The notes under the pieces: generated by a model
Told to the model about the DNA's origin: nothing
What the model saw: the letters and a program-made list of their open reading frames with translations, nothing else
The model's database searches: none
Position numbers and translations under genes: made by a program
DNA from: Phycisphaerae bacterium
Lineage (GTDB): Bacteria > Planctomycetota > Phycisphaerae > UBA1845 > Fen-1342
Reading direction: 5' to 3'
Length of the DNA stretch: 64,000 nt
Assembly (NCBI GenBank): GCA_963666925.2
Contig: CAXXTC010000005.1
Span: 96,001 to 160,000, forward strand
Shown here: in pieces, positions 55,536-64,000 of the stretch
Layout of the letters: every line of letters starts with the position of its first letter
Numbering within the stretch: the stretch's first letter is position 1

Positions 55536-56389
55536 TCGAAGGGCTCCAGTACGCCCCGCAAGGCCGTGTGGAGCGGCACTGGGACGACGTAGTCTTCGCC
55601 CTCACGCGTGGCGTAGGCCAGCGAGCCGACCACGCTACAGGCGAAGAATTCGACCTTGCTGAACCGGCTTTCACACATGTTCCACAAACGATTGAGATTG
55701 GCCTCGGCGAAACGGCGCGGATCGTCGAAACAGGCCGGCACGTAGTCGGCCTTGGTAAGCACGATGGCGATAGGCATGTCGATCTTGCGGTTGCGCTTGC
55801 CAGAGTAGAGCGCGTCGATGTAGCTGAGCATCTTGAGTCCGAAGAAGTCGGGCTGAGCAGAGCCATTGGCAGCCAGGGCAGCGTCGACCAGCAACAGCAG
55901 GCCGGCCGACTGGGCCAGCAGGCTCTCGATCACCTGGAAGGTGCGCGGGTTGGCAATCTCAGCGGCGATGGCCTCGCCGGCCATGTCGGGCATGACCAGG
56001 TCGAACCATTTCGTGTGGCGTGCCCGCTTGCCGACCTGATAGTAAGCCCATTTCCACTCGTTGGATTCCATGGGCGTCTTGGGTGGAAACATGCGGTAGG
56101 CCATGTGGCTGATGACCATCTGCTGGAGATCGACGGAGTAGGCCCCGCGCGGGACAGCCTCGAAGTTGTCCGCCCGTTGCGAGAGCATGTCGAGCAGGAA
56201 GCCGAGGTAGACGGTCTTGCCAGCGTTGCTATCGCCGATCAGGCTGACGATGCGCGGCTCGCGTTTCTGGGCGATGGCTTCGTGCACCAGCGCCAGCGGG
56301 GCGGCGCACTCTTTGCATACGGTGTTCTGATCCGCGTTGCGCGTGCCGCAAATCAGGCACTCGGTTTGACTGTTCGCGGTGATAGGCAC
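55514..56389 (-). CDS. TRAFAC-clade GTPase with N-terminal Zn ribbon
   Basis: CxxC-x10-CxxC; G1 GDSNAGKT, G2 FPPKT, G3 DMAGE, G4 TKAD, G5-like ACS. Confidence 0.85.
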   Translation of the reverse strand: MPITANSQTECLICGTRNADQNTVCKECAAPLALVHEAIAQKREPRIVSLIGDSNAGKTVYLGFLLDMLSQRADNFEAVPRGAYSVDLQQMVISHMAYRMFPPKTPMESNEWKWAYYQVGKRARHTKWFDLVMPDMAGEAIAAEIANPRTFQVIESLLAQSAGLLLLVDAALAANGSAQPDFFGLKMLSYIDALYSGKRNRKIDMPIAIVLTKADYVPACFDDPRRFAEANLNRLWNMCESRFSKVEFFACSVVGSLAYATREGEDYVVPVPLHTALRGVLEPFEWTLGQL

Positions 56390-56422
56390 GTCGTCTCCTT
56401 CCTGCGTCGACGAGTGGACGGG

Positions 56423-57400
56423 TTAGTCGGTCACCAGATCCATGGCACATCTCACGCCGACGTTGTGCGCACGGGACAGGCAGGTGAGCGCGGAGCGGAA
56501 GCTGCTCGTGGCCTGCCAGGCGAAATAGGTGTCAAAAGCGCCGCCGCGAATACCCTTCATCAGCGTATCGCCGATGACATTGCGGCCCTCGCGGTCGGTG
56601 GCGGCGAAATCAGAGCTGGTCCACTCCCAGACGTTGCCGATGAGTTGCTGAACGCCGTTGGGAGCGGTGCCCTTGGAGCAAGCGTCGACGGGCAAAACGC
56701 CGCGGTGCCCGGACGCCCAAATGTTGCAGGCTTCGATGTCGAAGTTGTCGCCCCAGGGGTAGCGTCGGCTGACGTGGGCGGCGCTGCGGACACGCCAACA
56801 GGCGGCCATCTGCCATTCGGGTTCGGTGGGCAGACGGAAGCCGGCCCAGGTGGCGTAGGCAGCCGCCTCGTAGTAGCAGACGCCGACGACGGGGTGCTTG
56901 GCGAGGCGGCGATCGTGTCGGCCCTGGCGCCAAAAGCGTGGTCCGGGTTGGCCGGTGAGATCCTTGAAGCCGATCAGATGCGGCCAGATCTCCTCGGGCC
57001 AGAGGGCGACGTCCTCGTAGCCGCCGGCGTCGACGAAATGCTGATACTGGGCGTTGGTAACGGGAGATCGCGCCAGGAGAAACGGACCGGTCTCGCAGTC
57101 CTTTTCGGGGTAGCCGGGCTGATCGAATACGGTGAGCGGGAGCGAGATAATACCCTCGGGCACCAGGGCGAACTGCTCGTCGATGGCGCGCACCGCCTGT
57201 TGAAAGGCGGCGGCGAACCCGGGTTGATCCTGGAGGGCGTCGCGCTGAGAAACCAGCAGCCCGTAGCAGCCCGCCTCTAGCGCGCAGGCTACCGGATCGT
57301 CCGGCATGTTAGCGCGGTCAGCGGGGCTGAAGTCGCCGCGCTCCGCCAGAACCTGGGCGTCAAGAGCCGACTTGCCACGTGCAAACATACCTACTGCCAT
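56423..57400 (-). CDS. FGE-sulfatase (SUMF1-like) domain protein, probably non-catalytic
   Basis: PVTNAQY..F, HPVVGV.YYEA.AYA.W...RLPTE.EW, YPWGD, GNVWEWT, RGG and GVRC. Lacks the FGE catalytic Cys pair and a signal peptide. Confidence 0.88.
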   Translation of the reverse strand: MAVGMFARGKSALDAQVLAERGDFSPADRANMPDDPVACALEAGCYGLLVSQRDALQDQPGFAAAFQQAVRAIDEQFALVPEGIISLPLTVFDQPGYPEKDCETGPFLLARSPVTNAQYQHFVDAGGYEDVALWPEEIWPHLIGFKDLTGQPGPRFWRQGRHDRRLAKHPVVGVCYYEAAAYATWAGFRLPTEPEWQMAACWRVRSAAHVSRRYPWGDNFDIEACNIWASGHRGVLPVDACSKGTAPNGVQQLIGNVWEWTSSDFAATDREGRNVIGDTLMKGIRGGAFDTYFAWQATSSFRSALTCLSRAHNVGVRCAMDLVTD

Positions 57401-57428
57401 CGTTGTCACCCTCGCGTTGATTAAGCTC

Positions 57429-58690
57429 CTACGCACCACCGCCGCCGATCGCACGGCGCTTGGCGTCCCGGCACAGCTTCTGAAAATGCTCGAGCGATTC
57501 GCGGGCCTTGCGGTCGGCGTTGGCAAGCTTGTCGTCGGAGTCGCTGGCCGCGGGGCTGGTGTTACAGTTGGACAGGCCAAGCGAGGACAACATGTCGCCC
57601 TTCTGAGTGGTCAACTCCTGAGCTTCGCCTTCGAGCTGGGCCTGGAGTTCGGCCAGGTTCCGGCGAGCGTTGTCCAATTCAGCCTGGCTGGCGGTGCATT
57701 CCGCCTGGGCCTGCGCCAGGGTCGCCTGCTGTTCGGCCTGATCGCGGCGGGCCTGGTCAAGCTCAGCCCGCTGACGTTTGATCTCGGCCTGCTGAGCTTC
57801 AAACTCGCCAGCCTGACGCTGCACCTGGGCCTCGCGCGCTTCCAGCCCGGCAAGCTTGTGTTCGAGCTCGTCGCGCGAGCCACCCAGCGACTGCTCGTGC
57901 TCAGCCACAGCCTTGGCCCGCTGTTCGACCTCTTCGAGCTTCTGCTGCAACTCGGCCCGGAGACTGTCAATTTCGGTGTCACGCTGCTCCAACCGACCGG
58001 CACGCTCGGCCAACGACCGCTCGCGATCCTCAAGCTGGGTCAGCTTGCGCTGCGTCTCGCCCTGTGAACCACCGAGTGCCGACTCGCGGGATTCGAGGTC
58101 GCGCTCGCGCTGGCTGAGCGCACGCTCGCGAGTGTCAATCTCGGCGCGCCGCTGATCCAGCTCGCCCGACAGCTTTTCGGCCTGCTGTTCGAAAGTCGTG
58201 ATGCGCTTGTGCTCCTCGCCCAGCGTGGCGGACTGGCGTTTCAGATCCTCGGCCATGGCCTGGACGCGCCGCTCACGCTGGATGAGCTCGTTCTCTCACG
58301 CTTGTTGAGCCCTTCTTCCCACCCGGTCATCTGCTCATAACGGTCGCGCAGACCCTCCGGAATCTGGCGAGCTTTGTTTTCAAGCTGCTTGGTTCGTTGC
58401 TCCAGTTGACGGTGCCACTCCTCCAGCCGATTCTCCCGCTCGGCAAGCCGCGCTTCACGCTGTTCAAGCTGCTGTTGTTCCTGAACGAGTTCGGCGTGGA
58501 AGTCCTCCAGCGCCCCCCGGCAATCCTCTAGTGCCGATGCGCGGGCGGCCAACTGCTCGCGCAACGCCTGCATCCCCAACACCACGTCAGCGCCGACGGT
58601 CTCGAGCCGCGCTACGTCGATCACGTCGGCCTCAGCCAACCCCGTCTTCTCTATGGTTGCACTTGCCATCTTCACTGCCTCCATAGTCAT
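57429..58690 (-). CDS. Long coiled-coil protein (about 419 aa if joined; apparent 2-nt frameshift at 58291-58298)
   Basis: Two adjacent E/Q/R/L heptad-rich ORFs (58241-58690, 57429-58256) join as ...NKRE-NELIQRERRVQAMAEDLK... if one AG is removed from GAGAGA. Confidence 0.72.
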
Positions 58691-59112
58691 CCACCCGGCT
58701 CCACGCGCAGCTCTATCAACGGTTGTCGTTAATCCTGGTATTCACCCTTACCGGGCAACCCCCACAACTGGGACCTTAAACTGGGCAAGGTGCATAGAGT
58801 CACACTAGTCAATGTACGATTCGTTCTTCGTCACCTGACAGTTAAACCAACAACAAATACTGAAGTTGACGTTCCCGTCTCATAATCCCTTGGAGTCCGG
58901 CGGCGCCCCCCCACTTTGCCGGTAGTTGTGTTCCGCAGACGTTACGCCGGCGGGCTAGTGACCAGCCGGGGCAAGCACGGGCGTAGCGCATTATTGGCAG
59001 CGCTGCGTTACCGGTCAGGGCACGCTGCACGTACCGCCAGCGTGCGGTCCTGTAACGACCGGGATCAGTGACAGCGCGTGCGGTCGAGCCTTGCGAGCGG
59101 GTGCGGAGCGTC

Positions 59113-60351
59113 CTACACACGGCGCGGAGCGGGGGTGAGGATGGCCGTGGCGGCGGCCGCAGCCAGGAAGGGCATCAGGGGGACGCGATAACGCAGACTT
59201 CCGATATAAATGCAGTGCAGCAATGCGAAGTAAATCACCGGCAGCCAGAGCAAGGCATGCAGGCTGCGTGTGCCGGGGGACAGGCGCCAGAACATGAGCT
59301 GATGGGGCCGAACGCGTGCGGCCAGGGCGCGGATCAGCCCGATCAATGCACCAAGCAACACAGCGGCGGTATAGACGGCACTGGCAACGGCGCTGGCCCC
59401 ATGGCTGTGCTCGGATACGTTCGGCACCAGGTTCCAGGTGCGCAGGAACTTTCGGCCGGCCAGCGCCGCGACGCGCCACGGATCGCGGCGCATCTCTTCC
59501 AGGGCTAGGTCGCGCAGGGTGTGGTCGCGCGTCACCTCGTCGAGCTGCTCCAACTCGGGCATGTCCCCCAGGAAACTCTGATCGCTGTTACCGTCGGCCT
59601 GGGGGCCCTGGGCGTCGTAGAGAGTTACTCCGCCGTTGGTGCTGAGCCAGGCGGGGTTACCCAGGGTAGCCTGGTTGCGCAGCCCCCAGGGCAACATCAG
59701 CGCGACAAACATCACGGGCGCGATCAAAAGCTGGCCGAGCGTGCGGCGTCGATCGGCGGTGATGAAAAGCAACAGGACCCACAAGGCGGGGATCCACAAC
59801 AGCGCTGAAGGACGCGTCAGGACACACAGCGGGCCGAGCACGGCGAGCCCCAGTGGCGCCCAGCCGGGCCGGCCGGGGCTGGTGGCCAGGCGCCAGGCGC
59901 AGGCGGTCAACGAAACGCCCAACAGCGTGAAGAGCACCTCGGTAAGCAGCAGGTTGGTAAAGAACACGCCGAAGGGATCGAAGCAGATCAGACCGGCGGT
60001 GATGTTGGCGCCGCGTCGATTGGTAGCGCTGCGCATGAAATGCCAGGCGATTATGGTGGTGGCAGCGCCGCAGCAGGCCTGGGCCAGGCGGGCAAGAAGC
60101 ACGCCGGCGTCGCTGGAGGCGGCGAACAGGGCGAGAAACAGCGGGTAGAGCGGCATGCGGGCGGCCAGGCGGCCGTCGGTGCTGATCAGGTCACCCTGTT
60201 CGATGAGATTGCGGGCGAGATCCCAGTGCAGTTGTTCGTCGGGGTATTCCAGGGCGGGACCGTTACTGTGCCAGCGGTAGATGATCCAGGCAACGCGCAG
60301 CAGCAGCGCGAGCAGGCCGAAGATCCAGGCCGGGTGCCAGCGCACCTTCAC
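59113..60351 (-). CDS. GT-C fold membrane glycosyltransferase (ArnT/PMT-like)
   Basis: PDE in the first loop, R.PLYPLFLA, LLTE.LF, LTRP and RYRVP; multi-TM. Confidence 0.8.
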   Translation of the reverse strand: MKVRWHPAWIFGLLALLLRVAWIIYRWHSNGPALEYPDEQLHWDLARNLIEQGDLISTDGRLAARMPLYPLFLALFAASSDAGVLLARLAQACCGAATTIIAWHFMRSATNRRGANITAGLICFDPFGVFFTNLLLTEVLFTLLGVSLTACAWRLATSPGRPGWAPLGLAVLGPLCVLTRPSALLWIPALWVLLLFITADRRRTLGQLLIAPVMFVALMLPWGLRNQATLGNPAWLSTNGGVTLYDAQGPQADGNSDQSFLGDMPELEQLDEVTRDHTLRDLALEEMRRDPWRVAALAGRKFLRTWNLVPNVSEHSHGASAVASAVYTAAVLLGALIGLIRALAARVRPHQLMFWRLSPGTRSLHALLWLPVIYFALLHCIYIGSLRYRVPLMPFLAAAAATAILTPAPRRV

Positions 60352-61817
60352 GGAGTGTTCTCGACGTGCGGTGTATATGGTTCGAGCTTGACGCGGAGGG
60401 CTTTGCGTGAGTCGGGTCCGAGCTTGACGCGTTCATCGATGCGTAGAGGCATGACCCAGACCGGTCCGCGCTGGTCCCAGAGAATCCCGGTGCGGGCGCG
60501 GACAAGTGGATCGACCTTCTCATCGCTGAGGAAGTCGCCGATGGTCTTGGCACCGGGGGCGCCGAGCGGGTGGAAGCGGTCGCCGTCACGCCGGCCGCGA
60601 ACCAGCAATGGCAGACGCAGGTGGTGATAGTCGAGCCACTCTTCCTGAGGGTCGGGCTTGTTGCGGATGGAGTCGAGGCGTCCCGGGGTAAGTTCGCAGA
60701 CCTCGGTGACGAGCGTCAGGCCCAGCGTGGGCAGCAGCGTGCGGCCTGGAGCGGTAACGAAGGTTGTGCCGATTTCGGGGAGCTGTTCGTCGCCGCCGAG
60801 GGGGCTGAAATCGAGCCGATTGTAAACCTTGCGTACCACGACTGGCCCGGGGACGTGGACTTCCTTGCCGCTGGCGGTCTCTTCGGCCAGCTTGAGAATG
60901 GACTCGACGTTAGAGAAGCCCATGTCCTGCTCGCGCGGGTTGATGAGCGCTACGGCGCGCCGCACGACCTCGGCCTGGATGATCCGCTGCTTGCTGAGCA
61001 GGGCATGCGTGTTGAGCGAGAGGCGGGCCGGCGTTTCGGCGACGACCATGGATTCGAAGGCGCGCTCGGCAGCATCTTCGAGGTAGGTCCCGAGCCAGCG
61101 GGCATGTTCGCCCAGCCGCAGGAGCGCTTCCGTAACATTCGGATTGAGCTGGTCGGCAAGCAGCGGCATGACGGTGTGGCGAATGCGGCCACGGGTGAAT
61201 TCGCTGGATCGGTTGGTGGAGTCGTGGCGCATGGGAATGCCACGCTCCTGGCACAGCTCCTGAATAGTGGCGCGGCGTTGTTGCAGAAAAGGGCGAACCA
61301 GGAGGATGTGGCTGCTGACCCGCAAGGGACGCATGTCGTGAATACCCGCCAACCCCCGCAACCCCGTGCCGCGACAAATGCGATGGAGGATGGTCTCGGC
61401 ATCATCGTCGGCATGGTGAGCGACGGCGACGTGCTCGCTGCCGGTGTGGAAGGCGACGCGTTCGAGGAACTCGTAGCGCAGCGTGCGAGCGATCTCCTCG
61501 GTGGAGCCGCCGCGCTGGCCGACTACCTTGCGGACGTCGGCCCGATCGCTGTGGAAGGGGATGCTGAGCTCGTCGGCGACGCGGGCGACGAATTCGAGAT
61601 CCTCGTCGGCCTCAGCACCGCGCAGGCCGTGATGAAAATGGGCGGCGTACACGTGCCAATTGAGCTGGGCGCGCCGCGCGAGCTCGGGGAGCGCGTGCAG
61701 CAGCAGCGTGGAGTCCGGCCCGCCGGAAGCACCGATGACCCAACTGGCTCCGGAGGTGAGCAGATGGCGTCGCCGCAGCCAATCGGCGAGCTGATCAAGG
61801 AATGCGTCCCAATTCAC
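60348..61817 (-). CDS. tilS: tRNA(Ile)-lysidine synthetase
   Basis: SGGPDS, HFHHGLRG, AHHADD.AET, RGTGL.GL, DSTN and C-terminal GDRF.PLG. Confidence 0.95.
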   Translation of the reverse strand: MNWDAFLDQLADWLRRRHLLTSGASWVIGASGGPDSTLLLHALPELARRAQLNWHVYAAHFHHGLRGAEADEDLEFVARVADELSIPFHSDRADVRKVVGQRGGSTEEIARTLRYEFLERVAFHTGSEHVAVAHHADDDAETILHRICRGTGLRGLAGIHDMRPLRVSSHILLVRPFLQQRRATIQELCQERGIPMRHDSTNRSSEFTRGRIRHTVMPLLADQLNPNVTEALLRLGEHARWLGTYLEDAAERAFESMVVAETPARLSLNTHALLSKQRIIQAEVVRRAVALINPREQDMGFSNVESILKLAEETASGKEVHVPGPVVVRKVYNRLDFSPLGGDEQLPEIGTTFVTAPGRTLLPTLGLTLVTEVCELTPGRLDSIRNKPDPQEEWLDYHHLRLPLLVRGRRDGDRFHPLGAPGAKTIGDFLSDEKVDPLVRARTGILWDQRGPVWVMPLRIDERVKLGPDSRKALRVKLEPYTPHVENTP

Positions 61818-62056
61818 AGTCTCACCAGTATACGCGGAGCGGGGGGTGGATCAATTGGCGACGAACTGACGACGCAGCCAAACCGGCCTGTGAGCGACCC
61901 CGGGAGCGGTTGTGGTGATGAGTCCAGCGCGCTTGTGCCCGGTTGCCGGCGGGGGTACATTCGCGCTTTCGATCGACGCCGGCGCTTCAGGCGATGGAAG
62001 CCTGGTGGGCGTCGAAGTTTCACACGGCAAACAACCCCGACCCGAGGAGGCACGTG

Positions 62057-62887
62057 ATGAGAAGCTGGCTGGATACGCGGGCGATTCAGCGGACGGGTCT
62101 GATGGCGCTGCTGGTGGCGGCGCTGCTACCGACGAGCGTGGCTCAGGAAAGTGAGAAGCTACCACCGGCCAAACAGGTCATCGAGCGGTCGATCGAAGCG
62201 TTGGGCGGACGGGCCGCGTTCGAGAAGCTGACGAGCCAAGTGGTCAAGGGGACTTTCGAGATAGCCGAAGTCGGGCTGAAGGGACCGATGGTTTCCTACA
62301 CCGCGCCGGTATGCCGGCAGTACACGCAGATCGAGCTGCCGGGTTACGGCGTCATGCAGAGCGGCTCCGACGGCACAGTCTTCTGGAAGATCGACCCGAT
62401 GATGGGGCCGCAGATTATCGAGGGAACCGAGAGGGCACTTCAGCAGCGTAATGCCCGCTTCAATAGCGCGCTCTACTGGGAAGAGCTGTTCGAAAAAGCG
62501 GAGTGCGTCGGCATCGAGGAGGTTGAGGGCCAGCCGTGCTACAAGGTGGTTTTCACACCCAAGGTGGGCGAGCCCGAGGTGACATTCTACGATCGCAACC
62601 GATACATCCCGGTCAAGATGGTGTTCCGGCTGAAAAGCCAGCAGGGCGGAATGACCGTCGAGGTGTTCCCGAGCGACTATAAGCGCGTTGATGGCGTGAT
62701 GGCGTCCCACACACAGAAGCAGGTGGTAGCCGGAGGATTGCAGACCCTGAACATCAAGACCGAGAGCATTGAGCACAATGTGGATATCCCGGCCGATCGA
62801 TTCGCGTTGCCCGAAGCCATCGTAAAGCTTCTGGAAGAGAAGAAAGCCGAACCAAAGCAGGGCGCCGCCGAGAAGACCGAGAAGTAG
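62057..62887 (+). CDS. Exported protein, LolA-like / outer-membrane lipoprotein-sorting-like fold (paralogue 1)
   Basis: Signal peptide; I.R.IEALGGR.A, G.E.V.G..CYKV, DYKRVDGV and F.LP. Confidence 0.65.
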   Translation: MRSWLDTRAIQRTGLMALLVAALLPTSVAQESEKLPPAKQVIERSIEALGGRAAFEKLTSQVVKGTFEIAEVGLKGPMVSYTAPVCRQYTQIELPGYGVMQSGSDGTVFWKIDPMMGPQIIEGTERALQQRNARFNSALYWEELFEKAECVGIEEVEGQPCYKVVFTPKVGEPEVTFYDRNRYIPVKMVFRLKSQQGGMTVEVFPSDYKRVDGVMASHTQKQVVAGGLQTLNIKTESIEHNVDIPADRFALPEAIVKLLEEKKAEPKQGAAEKTEK

Positions 62888-62927
62888 GCCCCTAATTCAC
62901 AGATAGACGGGACGGAGGTTGATTCTG

Positions 62928-63749
62928 ATGCAGAGTGCAGGTCGCAGAGTTGTCAGCGGGGCGTTGCTGGTGACGATCGTGGTCGTGGGTGGGTGGTGGT
63001 GCGCCCCGTCGGTAGCACAGGAAAGCAAGCTGCCATCGGCGGAGAAGATCCTCGACATGACTATCAAGGCCCAGGGCGGCCGGGAGGCGTTCGAGAAGCT
63101 GACCTCCAGCGTCAGCAAGGGAACGCTCGAGTTGGCGATGGCCGGCCAGTCGGCCGTCAGCGGAACGATCGAAACGTACCGAGCGGCGCCGAACCTGCGT
63201 TATACGATCGTTGATCTTGGCCAGCAGGGCAAGATTGAGATTGGCTGTGACGGCTTCACGAGCTGGCAATTGCACACGCCGGGTGGTCCGATCGTGCACG
63301 ATGGCGACGAGAAGATCGAGCGCCTGCGCAACGCCACGTTCAACCTTCAGCTTAACTGGCGCGATTACTACCCGCAGGTTGAGTGCCTCGGGAAGGCGAA
63401 CGTGGACGGGCAGTCCTGCTATGCGGTTACATTGCGGCCAGCGGTCGGCCGGCCGCTGACGAAATTCTTCGACCGCAAGCGCGGCCTGCCGATCAAGGAA
63501 GAGACCACCGCCGCAAACGATTCCGGCGAACTGTTCATCTGGGAGGCGATGAAGGACTACAGGAAAGTCGATGGAGTCCAGTTGCCGCATCTGATCGAAC
63601 GGCACGTGTCCGGCGCCGGGCGGCCGGACCAAACCATCACGACTGTCTGGCAGAGCATCGAACACAACACGACGATTCCGCCGGAGAAGTTCGTTCTGCC
63701 AGATGCGGTGAAGGAAGCGCGCGACAAGCAGCGGGCGGAGAAAAAGTGA
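62928..63749 (+). CDS. Exported protein, LolA-like fold (paralogue 2)
   Basis: Same motif series as the upstream gene (AQESKLP, GGREAFEKLTS, DYRKVDGV, WQSIEHN). Confidence 0.65.
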   Translation: MQSAGRRVVSGALLVTIVVVGGWWCAPSVAQESKLPSAEKILDMTIKAQGGREAFEKLTSSVSKGTLELAMAGQSAVSGTIETYRAAPNLRYTIVDLGQQGKIEIGCDGFTSWQLHTPGGPIVHDGDEKIERLRNATFNLQLNWRDYYPQVECLGKANVDGQSCYAVTLRPAVGRPLTKFFDRKRGLPIKEETTAANDSGELFIWEAMKDYRKVDGVQLPHLIERHVSGAGRPDQTITTVWQSIEHNTTIPPEKFVLPDAVKEARDKQRAEKK

Positions 63750-64000
63750 TCAGGCCTCGCGTCGGCCGCGGAAGGCCTCTTCGAGCATCGAGCGGTTGGC
63801 GAACTCGATCTGTGAGCCGGGGGCGATGCCGCGGGCCAGTCGGGTGACGCTAACGTTGCTGTCGGCCAGCAGGCTGGTGATGTGGAGGGCGGTGGCGTCG
63901 CCCTCGACGGTGGGGTTGGTGGCCAGGATGACCTCGCCCACGGAGCCGCTTCTAACGCGGCGCAGCAGAGCGTCGATGGTCAGGTCGCCGGGCTCGACGC
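63750..64000 (-). CDS. recR: Recombination protein RecR (3' part; 5' end beyond the window)
   Basis: Toprim motif [17 protein letters not shown] and [12 protein letters not shown]. Confidence 0.93.
   Translation of the reverse strand, partial: VEPGDLTIDALLRRVRSGSVGEVILATNPTVEGDATALHITSLLADSNVSVTRLARGIAPGSQIEFANRSMLEEAFRGRREA

Noticed and set aside
58691..59112. Possible ncRNA or c-di-GMP riboswitch upstream of the GTPase operon
   Set aside because: No matching consensus seen. The lower GC content is adequately explained by a promoter region.

Overview
GC-rich bacterial chromosomal segment, most likely Planctomycetota (Phycisphaerae-like). This is inferred from the TPR/alpha-CTD protein, the dockerin-like C-terminal tail, the atp operon layout and the porin. 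Most of it is housekeeping or metabolic: recO, trpF, an F1Fo ATP synthase operon lacking atpC, a glycogen/maltodextrin cluster (fused SBP-permease, GH13, malQ; debranching enzyme elsewhere in the window), a selenium cluster (yedE-yedF-desulfurase-DUF3343-selD), amtB, rnc, an EF-G paralogue, zur/RHH-znuACB, yajC-tgt, metH, tilS and recR. The most unusual items are: (1) a four-gene operon at 54.4-58.7 kb encoding a long coiled-coil protein, a cytoplasmic non-catalytic FGE-sulfatase domain, a Zn-ribbon TRAFAC GTPase and a GAP1-N2-like protein, resembling a minimal GTPase-centred conflict/signalling system; (2) selD with an in-frame UGA (Sec18) and a SECIS-like hairpin, missed by the ORF track; (3) a decayed four-helix-bundle (IVS-protein-like) mini-element bracketed by inverted GAGGATC repeats inside an ABC operon; (4) three small frameshifts (atpF, the coiled-coil gene, the GAP1-like gene) that may be assembly errors. 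I recognised no CRISPR array, rRNA, tRNA or transposase. All family assignments come from motif recognition by eye, not from database searches.
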